From the NCBI GenBank assembly GCA_951406725.2, contig OX597829.1, positions 3,472,001-3,536,000 on the forward strand: a DNA stretch of 64,000 nt. The letters run 5' to 3'. Below the pieces are notes generated by a model, which did no database searches, had not been told where the DNA came from, and saw only the letters and a program-made list of their open reading frames with translations. How positions within the stretch are numbered: the stretch's first letter is position 1; every line of letters starts with the position of its first letter. Of the stretch, positions 53,109-64,000 are shown piece by piece. A program made the position numbers and the translations under genes. The stretch is from Octopus vulgaris. Lineage: Eukaryota.

Positions 53109-53109
<1 letters not shown>

Positions 53110-53144
<35 letters not shown>

Positions 53145-54063
53145 TACGTATGTATGTATATGTATTTGTATATATCTAAGTATATATATATGGACGTATA
53201 TATGTGTGTGTATATATGTATGTGTATATGTGTGTATATACATATATCTATATATGTGTGTATATGTATGTATATATGTGTGTATATATATGTGTGTGTG
53301 TGTATATGTATGTATATACGTGTGTGTATATATGTGTGTATGTATATATATATAAATGTGTGTGTGTGTGTATATATATGTGTGTGTGTATTTATATATG
53401 TATGTATGTATCGGTTGTTGAAACGATAATGATATCCATGGGGCAACTGATGAAGGAGGTATGTTGGATTGTTGGTGTGACTGTGCACATCGTTTTGATA
53501 TATTTATAAACAAATACATATAAAAATATATATGTATAAATATATGTGTGTGTGTGTATGTGTATAATTAATAATATCAAAGGGTAATCAGAAATATTAG
53601 AAATTTCAATTACCAGTGGCTTAGCATGTAAAAGATTTAGTCAGTAGGCTATATATTATTCACATAAATACAGTGTACATTTAAACCTATAAGAGGCATC
53701 CATCATAGGACTCTTTGCGTGCTAAAGAGAACAGTTCAATTCCAAACCACTATTAGAGATGAAATTTCGAAGGGAATGAAAAACAAAAATATTTACCATC
53801 TAGATGGTAAATGTTTTTATTTTTTATTGCCTTCGAAATTTTGTCTCTAATAGTGGTTTGGAATTTAACTATCCTTTCTAGCATGCAAGGAATCCTATGA
53901 TGGATGCCTCTTATATGTTTAAATGTACACTGTATTTATCTAAATATGTATGTCTGGAAGTATGTATGTATGTATGTAAGTATGTTTATATGTATGCATA
54001 TCTGGAAGTATATATTATATGTATGTATGTGTGTGGGTATATATATGTATGTATAGATTTGTA

Positions 54064-54106
<43 letters not shown>

Positions 54107-54199
54107 ATATTTATGTATATGTATACATGTGTGTATATATGTATATATATATGTATATATGTATGTATATATTTATGTATATGTATACATGTGTGTGTA

Positions 54200-54244
<45 letters not shown>

Positions 54245-54365
54245 AGATATATATGTTTATATATATGTGTAGTTTATGTGTGTGTGTGTATATGTATATA
54301 TATATGTGTGTGTGTATGTATGTATAATATATATATATATATGTATATATGTAATTATGTATGCG
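53110..54365. repeat. compound (TA/TG)n microsatellite fields flanking the palindrome
   Basis: Visible directly; similar fields at 22240-22900, 48070-48132, 51275-51375. Confidence 0.9.
53664..53939. repeat. 276-bp loopless palindrome centred on TCTAGA
   Basis: Arms are reverse-complementary around 53801/53802 (TTTACCATCT|AGATGGTAAA). Confidence 0.9.
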
Positions 54366-54421
54366 TGTTTATAAACATGTTTATTTATTTGAATGCCTGC
54401 ATTTCCTTTTCCATTTATTAG

Positions 54422-54749
54422 GCTGTAAGCGGTAATTTGACTTCTGCAGTTCGTACAGCAGCACCTCGGCAGCCAATCTCACTTACAGTCCAAGATATCA
54501 ATTCTGTATCTGCAAGTCAAGTGGCAGCACAAGTTGCAGCTGCACAAGTACAGCAGCAGCAGCAACAGCAGCAGCAACAACAACAGTCAGCTGTTGCACA
54601 AGCTGGGACATCAGTGCAAGTGACCACAGCCACTCTTCAAACCACCGGTGCTGCTGCATCTGTTCTTCCTGCAACCAGTCTTACAGCTATGCAAATCAAT
54701 TCACAAAGAATTTCTGCTTCAAACTTGGTTGGAGTTGCTACGACAACAG
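54422..54749 (+). CDS. dom: A-isoform Q/A/T-rich exon with Q12
   Basis: TTATTAG acceptor; donor G|GTGATG; phase 0-1. Confidence 0.82.
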
Positions 54750-54796
54750 GTGATGTTTTGGTTTTCTCTTTTAGTTTCCTTGAATTTCTATACATA

Positions 54797-54964
54797 GGCG
54801 CAGGAGTGGCTGTGTGGTAAGTAGCTTGTTTACCAACCACATGGTTCTGGGTTCAGTCCCACTGCGTGGCACCTTGGGCAAGTGTCTTCTACTATAGCCT
54901 TGGGCCGACCAAAGCCTTGTGAGTGGATTTGGAAGACGGAAACTAAAAAGAAGCCCGTCGTATT

Positions 54965-55007
<43 letters not shown>

Positions 55008-55210
55008 CTGTGTTTGTCCCCCTAGCATTGCTTGATAACCGATGCTGGTGTGTTTATGTCCCTGTTACTTAGCGGTTTGGCAAAATAGTCCGATAGAATA
55101 AGTACTGGGCTTACAAAAAAGAATAAATCCCGGGGTCGAGTTGCTCGATTAAAGGCGGTGCTCCAGCATGGCCGCAGTCAAATGACAAACAAGTAAAAGA
55201 GTAAAGAGTA
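54797..55210 (+). mobile_element. tRNA-derived SINE (CORE-like), well-preserved copy
   Basis: GGCGCAGGAGTGGCTGTGTGGTAAG…GGTTCAGTCCCACTGCGTGGCACCTTGGGCAAGTG; internal (TA)n. Confidence 0.85.
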
Positions 55211-56652
55211 TATGTACAGCCATTGTTTTGCAATCATGGTTTCAGATTCAATCTCTCTGCATGACATCCGGGGCAAGTGTTTTTAATTATAACTGCAGTG
55301 TAATGAAAGTATTGTGTGTCACTTTTGTAGATGGAAACTGAAAGAAGCCTGTTTTGTGTGTGTTTCTTAGTGAAGGCACATGGCTTATTGGTTAGGATAT
55401 TTGATTCACAATCATGCTGGTGGCATTTGTAAAAAGATTCAAGCGAGGTCGTAGCCAGTACCACCTGGCTGGCCCCCATGCCAAAGGCACATAAAAAGCA
55501 CCCACTACACTCTCGGAGTGGTTGGCGTTAGGAAGGGCATCCAGCTATAGAAACTCTGCCAAATCAAGATTGGAGCCTGGTGCAGCCATCTGGCTCGCCA
55601 GCCCTCAGTCAAAATCGTCCAACCCATGCTAGCATTGAAAGCGGACGTTAAACGATGATGATGATGAATCATAAGGTCATGAGTTCAATTACCGGTGGTG
55701 CATTGTGTCCTTGTGTCCTTTATTTCACGTTACTCCAGTCCCCACTCTGCTGGCAACAATGAGTTGTACCTGTTATTCAGAAGAGCCAACCTTGTCACAT
55801 TCCGTGTCACACTGAATTACCTTGAGAACTATATTAAAGGTATGCAAGTGCTCAGCCACTTGCAGGTAAATTTCATGAAGCAGGCTGATCAACTGGATCT
55901 CCCATTGTTGTAACCAATGAAGTGCCAGTTAAGTTGAGTGTGTTTGCTTGTCTTGACATCTTGTAGTTGTAAATGAGCATCACTGTCATATAAGCTGCAT
56001 TTGTCTATGTGGAATCTTCTGTGAAATTATGTCCAGCTGTTGTTATGGTTGTGCTCAAAGGATCTGAGGAAATATTTTTTGGCTTGAAAACAGGTGAGAG
56101 TTGTGGGCACTAAGTGCATCCTGTCATAGAAAATATACCTAAGTGAATTTTGTCTGACCCATGCAGGCATGGAAAAAATGGACGTTAAAATGACGATAAT
56201 GACAAATGGTCATATGGTTTTGTATGTGTCCTTTCATCAACCTAACTGTCTCTCGTTGATGGCTTTTCTGCAAAGTTTGCACTTTTGAAATGTGGCTGAT
56301 TAAAATGAAGTTGTCTACTAAAAGAATTTTAGAAATCAAAAATATATGCACATAGTATAAGTTTAACTATAGAATGTTAATGATGGTGGTGGTGGTGGTG
56401 GTGGTGTTGATGGTGGTAGCAGCACTGGCATGAGTGGAGTGAGTAGTGGAAATTATTGTAAGAGCTATGGTAGGAGTTGAGTTAGTAGCTGAGTTGTGGG
56501 AGCTGTAGTGAGAGTTTTGGGAACTATGGTAGTAGTTGTCGTTGTGAGAGAAATTTATTTCATTGTTTTTTTTTTTGGGGGGGGGGTTGTAGTTTGTTAT
56601 ATTCCTCTTAAATTATAAATAATGATTATGTGATTTGTTTTCTTGATATCAG

Positions 56653-56756
56653 CCAGCACAGCTGTTAAGCATCAAATAACCCAGCAACAAGGCAAAGGAC
56701 CACAGTTACTTCTGAAAACACCTCTGATTAACAATCCAAAAATAGGACAATTGACT
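56653..56756 (+). CDS. dom: A-isoform exon (STAVKHQITQQQGKGPQLLLKTP…GQLT)
   Basis: TATCAG acceptor; donor ACT|GTAAGT; phase 1-0 fits the flanking exons; absent from the ORF track. Confidence 0.75.
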
Positions 56757-57908
56757 GTAAGTTAATGGCTTGTTTATCCCATTGTTATTATTGAAATGAT
56801 TGTAATTTAAAATTTCTTAAACATTCAATTATTTAACAGATTTCTTTAACCAAAACATACACACACAAATCTGGGACTTCATCTGTCAGGGTTGATCATA
56901 CATTGTGTACATGCCTGAAAGTCTTCCCTGTTCACATCACTAATGTTGTTCAAAAGAAAGGTGACCTTCTTGAGCCTGGTATCATCACAGGTGTTACTGT
57001 AAGAATGCAAAGAGCCAATAGATATACTTACCCTGTTCAATGAGTCCAATTCTTTGGATCGGTACTTTAATTTATTGAACTTAAAAAGACGAAAGGTAAA
57101 GTGCATACAAAGCTGGAACAAATATTGAAGTAATCTGTCCAGTGATGTTGTGATGGTGCCAATGAAGTTTACTTCCCAGCCTTTCGAGGGGCTGGTCCCA
57201 CTATGTTGCACTTTAGGCAAATGTCTTCAACTGTTGCCTTAACCTAATCAAAGCCTCGTAAGCAAATTGGTAGATGGGAATTGAAAGAAAACTTAGACAT
57301 CATGTGATTGCTGTAAATGAGTATCACTGTCATACAAGCAGTGTCATTCATTTCTAATCTTCTGTGAAATCATGTCGGGCCATGGGGAATATTACCTTGT
57401 GGAAACAGGTGTGAATTGGCTCCGGAAGGGTATCTGACTGTAGAAAAAATCTGCCTTAAGAAATTCTGCCTGACTCATGCAAGTATGGAAAACCAGAGCT
57501 TAAAACAATGATGATGATGAAATTATGTATATATGTTTTATGTATATTCTCTTATTGTTGTTTTAGCCCTTTAGCATCCAGATTACCCTGTCAAATGTAA
57601 TGCTTATTTTTTCACATTGTTTTTAGTTAATCATGCATTATACTGAAGCTTCGAGATTTTGATGATGTGATTGTCTATCTTTACACTGACTTGGTAGGGT
57701 ATGTGTGAGAGGCAGGATCTGGCCAGTTTGAACATAAAACAGGCAGAATACTTTTGTTTGGGTGTGGCCAGTTTAAATGTTAATGGGTTGAAGCTTATGT
57801 TGATAGCCAGTTGCTTAGTAACAAGATTGGAAAAGTTATTCAAAAATAAAAAGAAATGAAAAAAGAGTGTTTTGTTATTTTCATTATCCTTTGGATAAAT
57901 ATTCACTC

Positions 57909-57952
<44 letters not shown>

Positions 57953-58207
57953 GATGGACAGCTTATTGTTTTCATTCCATTTCCGAAAGAAGGGAAATAC
58001 TAATTGATTTGGATAAACATTTTCCTCCTTATAATTGTCATGTTTGATGTCATAACTGCTTCTCCCACTCTCATCACCACCATTGTCACCATTATCATAT
58101 TTTACTGTCATCAACATCACCATTGCCATTATCATCGTCGTCATCATCATCACCACCCCCATCATCATCATCATCATCATCATTGTTGTGTTATTATTTT
58201 TCTATAG

Positions 58208-58318
58208 AAATCTCAAGTTGATTTGTTTCACCAACAGCAAGTAAAACGAGCTTTGAGTCAACCTGCGACGCTGCCAAATCCAAAACCGCTTACCATTTCT
58301 AGTGTTGTCCAAGTCCAG
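58208..58318 (+). CDS. dom: A-isoform exon (KSQVDLFHQQQVKRALSQ…VVQVQ)
   Basis: TTTTCTATAG acceptor; donor CAG|GTCTGT; 111 nt, phase 0-0. Confidence 0.72.
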
Positions 58319-58565
58319 GTCTGTTAAGATATTTATTCATCTAATTCTTCTAACACACCCTTTTTTTAAAATTAAAACTCTTTCAACTAAAAATTTTAAT
58401 AGCTAAATTATTATTTTTACAATTAATATAATAAAATAAATAAAACATTTTATTTTATTTTTGTGAAGGAGAAACATCTGGTCAGTGTTTCTCTTTTTTT
58501 TTTTTTTTTTATGTAAGATGTGGAAGAAAATATTAAAAAACACTATTTTAGTGCTGCATCTCCCT

Positions 58566-58795
58566 TTAACCCTTTTGATACCAACCCGGCCAAAACCGCC
58601 TCTGGCTCTGTAGTACAAATCTCTTATTTTCATATGTTCTGAATTAAAATCTTCCACCAAACCTTAGTCACAACTTATGTTCCTAACACTAGCTTAATGA
58701 TAACTAAGTTCTTTTACTAAATTCTTTGTTATATTTAAAATTAATTGAAAGAAACACAGAACATCTCAACAGAAATACAGTAACGAAAGGGTTAA
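58566..58795. mobile_element. TTAA-flanked MITE family B; other copies at 4777-4997 and about 12458-12643
   Basis: TTAACCCTTTTGATACC…AACGAAAGGGTTAA termini. Confidence 0.75.
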
Positions 58796-59155
58796 TGCAT
58801 TATCGTATCTAATTAATGTCTATTTATTAAAATTAACTTGTGAGTAATTCTCCGTCAACAAACCATGTCAGCAAGAAATTTGTTAAACTTCTGACATACG
58901 GAACCTCTCTGTAGCTGCTCAGCCTGCTAAGAACGACTAGCACATGTTGTCTGTTTCAATCCCACTGCATGGTATCTTTAGCTCCTGTTTTCTCATAGCA
59001 CAGGGTTAAACTGAGTTTTGTGAGAGAAATTTAATAGTCAGAAACTGGTGTGGTACCCAGCCAGATTGATTGGTATCTGTAAGTGAAATAGCCAGTCTTG
59101 CCTGCAATGTGTGTGTGTCTGTATATGTATTATAATTTGTTCCTTATCTGTACAG

Positions 59156-59425
59156 CAAGGACAGAAGCATACTAATAAGGCTCAGAGGCAGTACCGCAAT
59201 GAAATGAACATGATTTTTAAGCAGCAGCAGCAGTTGCACTGCTTGACACAGCAGAAACAACCTCAGCAGCAGCAGTCACAACAACAACAACAACAAACAC
59301 AACAGCAGCAGCAGCAACAGCAACAACAACCACAGCAACAACAAACAACATTGCAAATACAAAAGACTGTTGCTCAGGCCCAAAGTACTCAAACACAGTC
59401 TGCAGTGCCATCTGCTCAAGGACAG
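59156..59425 (+). CDS. dom: A-isoform polyQ exon
   Basis: TACAG acceptor; donor CAG|GTTTGT; 270 nt, phase 0-0. Confidence 0.8.
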
Positions 59426-60920
59426 GTTTGTTAACACACTGAGCTTTGTTTTTCTGGGATTTTTTATTTTTTTTGTTTGTTTCTTTTGGTTTTAACAAAA
59501 AGTTTAATTACCCCTCCTGTTAGGAAGCACATGATTTATTGTGTTAATTGGATTATTATTTTGTAATATTGGAACTAGAGAAACCTGCCTAATTCAATCA
59601 CTTCAACTTTGTGCTATTATGAGAGTTGTAACTGAGTCATCTATGTTTATATTTGGGAAGAAAAATATTAAAACGGTGATTTACAGAATATCACAGTAGA
59701 ATAGTAATTGAAGACATAAAAAAAAATAAGGAATCATGGGAACAGGGTTATTGTTATTTTACTTCAAATTTTAACCACTTGACTCATTCCTGAATGTAAA
59801 ACAGCTAAAAGTTGGTGACAGAAATGGCATCCAATCTTAAAATGCTGCCCCAAAATAAATTTGTATTCAGCCTATGCTACCGTGAATGAAAATGGACATA
59901 AAAAGTATGAATTACAACTAAAATTAGAATTTAATTTATGTCAAGTTTAATGTTGTTAATTAACACTCATTAAGGGTTGCCAGTTTAGTTGCCAACAATC
60001 CAACCATGCTTGCTTGATGAGGAGTGTATTTGTCGGACACCCTGCTGGAAAAAAAAAAATCCATCAAAGGGCAGAGGAACTCATGAGTAGTCAACAGTTA
60101 TCCAACAAAATTGCTTTGGGGGTCAAAAGGTTACAGCAACACACCTCAAATAAAAAAAAAAAGCTTGGAGCAACATGGAAGAAAATAGTGAGAGCATGAG
60201 GGGAATGGACCAAATGTGACCAGTGGAGCTAACTCAGCCCCAGGTACCTGGCCAATCCAGGAGATCCAAGTAAATGAACACTGTTCAATAACATTGTTTT
60301 GAAAATTAAACGTATATAATGTCATGGAATACATGGCATAACTTTTGCAATTTAACCAAAGGATTTTGGTTGTTTTCTTCCTTTTGATTTTTTCTTCTAT
60401 CTCCTCTGTCCTAGAGGTCTAGATTTTTATTACTCTTTTACTTGTTTCAGTCATTTGACTGTGGCCATGCTGGAGCACCGCCTTTAAAAGAAATTAAGCT
60501 CGTCCCTGGTTGGGCAAGGTTAATTTCTTTAGAAAACATAATATAGAAAACATACTCAATTCAACACAGTTGTTCACTGTGGTTTATTCTAATTATTCTA
60601 ACTTTGTAAAAGAGACATTTTGAAACTAACGAATTAACATTGTTTTTGGGGGTTTTTTTAAAATTTATTTATTAGTGCTGTTGGGCACAGCACTTAATGA
60701 CACTAATTAAAAATTTTACTGTATTAACTTCAGTACTTTTCTTTTCTGAATTTAAATCATAATACTGTCTCAGAGTTGTTTAAAAATAAACCAAAATAGT
60801 CTTTTTTTTTTTGTAAATGGAATTTTGTGAGTATTAAAGTTAGTATAAAGGTTATTGTTTTCTTTTATATCAATATATCTGCCATCGTTAAGCTTCTCTC
60901 TGTTTATTTACTTAATTCAG

Positions 60921-61047
60921 GTTTTGTCAACAGCTCAGATATTAAGTCAAGCTATTCATTCAATGCCAGGACAGACAGTAACTACATCTGCGGGGAGTAC
61001 ACCACTCTCAATACCAGTCAGTGTAACACAACAAAAAGGACAAGTTG
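60921..61047 (+). CDS. dom: A-isoform exon (VLSTAQILSQAIHSMPGQ…KGQV); gene continues beyond the window
   Basis: TTAATTCAG acceptor; donor G|GTGAGG. Confidence 0.78.
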
Positions 61048-63329
61048 GTGAGGAAATATAAAACTTCTGTGTAATTTTAATCGTATCCTGCCATACCTGT
61101 TAGGAATGTGGTTTGTGTTCCAGTAAGAAATTTCATAGAAAGGCAGAAAGGAACAGTGTGTGTGTGTGTGTGCATCAAAGAGAGAGAGGTGTTGTGTAGT
61201 ATAGTTTTAAATTTGTTTTTAAATTATGACATTCACGGAGGCAATGACATGTGACTAAGACCTTGGTGATATGCTGCGGTTAAGAAGACTTGTGAAACTG
61301 TAGTCGTGGCCGTTGCCTGTGTGATGTAAATGGCACCTGTGAATCATAATTGTGACCATTACCGGCGTCATGTAAATGACGCCTGTGCCAGTGGCACATA
61401 AAAAGCACCCATTACACTCTTGGAGTGGTTGGTGTTAGGAAGGGCATCCAGCCGTAGAAACCATGCCAGCTTGAAAAGTAGACGTTAAATGATGATGGTG
61501 ATTAAATTTGATTTTACTATGTGAAGTGCCTGTATGTATTTCACTAGTAAGAAGTTAAGGTGCTGGTCTGCTGACAAGTTCCAATCTTCAGTTAATTCCT
61601 AAAACTCCTCCTATTTATCTAAGAGAAATTTCTGATGAAAGCCTGTTTGCTTACTTTCATGTTATGGAACCTTATGCACAGAAAGATGTCAAGGCTGGAC
61701 CATACAATTATATCGTCTGTTAACTTTTCTGTTATTTGTGATTTATTTGTTGTGTATGAGCTATGAGTATGGCATTTATGGCGTCAAAATATCAACTGTT
61801 GACTACATATATATTGCATATCTTAAACATTAACCATAGTGTTTATGTATTGAGAATATTAAGGCTGGAACTTGTCACAAGAACAGTTGGAGTATTCATT
61901 TCTCTAACCTTTATTTTGTTTTGGCATTTAGCTCTATTTTAAATATCAACTGAATATGTCTGTTCCTTCCCAATCCCTTTTTTTCATTTGTGTTGTACAT
62001 TGTCCAGTTTATAGCTCCCTTGTAAGTTTGTGCTGGATCTAATTCTCTTAGTTTCCTTTATCTAGCAAGATTGTTCTTAATTATCCTCTCTTCAAGGCAG
62101 CGAGCTGCCAGAAATGTTAGCATGCTGGGCGAAATGCTTAGCAGTATTTCGTCTGTCTTTGCGATCTGAGTTCAACTTTGCCTTTCATCCTTTTGGGGTC
62201 AATAAATTAAGTACCAGTTGCATACTGGGGTCAATCTAATCGACTCCCCCCCCCCCCAATTTTTTTTTGGGGGGGGGCGCTTGTGCCTAGAGTAGAAAAG
62301 AATTATCCTCTCTTCAATGCTGCCTTGCAGCACTTTTATCTGAATGTCATGTCAGTTCCTCCATTAAATCCATGTACTTTCTCCGGCAGTGTTTCTAGTT
62401 GTTTATCATCTCCAGCTTACAACTAGAGATTGTAATCTCATTTATATGAGATTGCTGATTGGCCTCCTATGGCATTTATATCCAAGTGCAGTCCTGACAG
62501 AAAAAAAAAAAAAAAAGGTAACACTGACTTCAGCAGGATTTGAACTAACTAAATAGTGCAAAGCATTTGGTCCAGAACCGATAATGATGGACAAAATACC
62601 CAGCAGTATTAAATCACAGGCATTTATGTTCTGAATTCAGCTATACCTCACATCCTTCCAAAGCTGATAAAATGAAGCATCAGTCCACATGCTTCATTCA
62701 TTGCTTGGACTGTGTGCTTATGTTTTTGCTTTACTGATGTGTGGGCCTTAAGATAAGCAGCTGCTATCATGTGGGCAATGCACCATGCTATTAGCCAAAT
62801 CTTCAAAAATAAGATGACATGCTTTCCTTTGGCAGGGAAGGTTTGGATAGTCCTCCTCTTACTGGTGGGTACAGTAAAGGGAAATGTGGGGTGATTGTAA
62901 TAAAAAATTTGAAGACAGACTTTTTAGTTTCTGGCCAGCCTTCAACAAGATTTTCAAGTGCCACTTGATGAGAATTTGAGAGTGGAGAGAAGAGTTGTGT
63001 GTTTTCAGTGAGTTTTACAAAAAGGTGTGTGAGACTGATGAGCTTCAATGGACCCGTTCCGATTATACATTCCTTAACAGGAGGAAAGATAGATGAAAAA
63101 TAATTGTTTTGATACCTTTTGTAGTTAGAATTATCCAGGACCTGTGGGACACCATGATTGTTGTCTTTGGGTGATTGTCCCACTTTAAGGACATTTTAAA
63201 CAATTTGTGTTACTGTGCATACTTTCAACAATTTATCATCATTATCAGTGCAACCACCACCACCACCACCACTACTGCAACCCCTTCTAGAAAGTTACAC
63301 TACTTTTACTGTTTTAGAGGTGATTTCTG

Positions 63330-63744
63330 GGATCTTTTCAGTTTGAACGGCAGTTTTTTCTAGTGGTGTCATATGAAATTGTCACCCATAATTATGACCC
63401 TAGTATCGATCTATTGCATTTCAATCTCTTTTAGATTTAGGGTTAGGGGTGGGGGTGGGGGGAAGGGTATCTTTTTTTCTTAACAAATGTAAATAAACCC
63501 AATCTGTTTCTTAAACGAGGAACATATTCATACGGCACAGAATGTTGTTTACGTCAATGGACGTCATTGATTGGTTGAAATTGAAGAAAACAAAACAACA
63601 AATATCTTACAAACTATGGAATTTTCTCAATAAAGCCAAGAGAAAAAGATGTTTTATAAACACATTCTACCAGTATACGAAGTTTAAAATTTTTTAGTTA
63701 CGTAGAAATTATGTTAGAAACTGTCATTCAAACCAAAAAGATCC
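63330..63744. mobile_element. MITE with ~27-bp imperfect TIRs
   Basis: GGATCTTTTCAGTTTGAACGGCAGTTT … AAACTGTCATTCAAACCAAAAAGATCC. Confidence 0.7.
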
Positions 63745-64000
63745 GATTTCTGAGTTTTTGGAGAACTGTGGTCAGTGCCAAAACCTGCTTTCTTTAGTTC
63801 TTGCTGATTTCTCATCACATCCCCCACAAATAATAATACCCTTGGAAAAGGGAATAAAACCACACTGCTCTTTTTTTTTTTTTTTTTTTGCCCTCTGATG
63901 AATTAACACTTTCTGTGCACATATGAGCATGTGTATAGAAAAGAAGTTAGTTTTGTTACAGCTTACAATTATATATATCTACTTTCTTTTTTTCCTTTTA

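Noticed and set aside
53007-54421. Many C/V/Y/I- or H/T-rich ORFs (also 2262-3725, 22123-22953, 51193-51457)
   Set aside because: Translations of (TA/TG/CA)n microsatellites
62803-63183. 126-aa minus-strand ORF
   Set aside because: No recognisable domain or splice context; likely chance or decayed repeat

Overview
AT-rich, intron- and repeat-rich eukaryotic genomic DNA. The SINE, RTE-tail, MITE and microsatellite content suggests a cephalopod (Octopus-like), which is an inference. The whole window lies inside one + strand gene: the 3' two-thirds of a SWR1-family chromatin remodeler, domino (ortholog of vertebrate SRCAP and EP400). I traced 26 GT-AG exons with continuous reading frame. They cover the split-ATPase insertion, the HELICc lobe with intact motifs IV-VI, an EP400-type PPTPPQD/SANT region and polyQ exons. 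The gene starts upstream and continues downstream of the window. Main finding: one weak internal 5' splice site (CAG|GTGAAA at 19688/19689) appears to switch between two mutually exclusive C-termini. Read-through gives an 835-aa basic, TQK-repeat tail ending at a stop at 22196 (DOM-B/SRCAP-like). Splicing across 9.4 kb to a 36-nt microexon (29046-29081) gives the SANT/polyQ form (DOM-A/EP400-like). This mirrors the Drosophila domino isoform system in a probable mollusc. The introns also hold several long fold-back and palindromic elements (candidate dsRNA/ADAR substrates), RTE and R4/Dong LINE relics, TTAA-flanked MITEs and a head-to-head mariner relic. Family assignments come from recalled motifs, not database searches.
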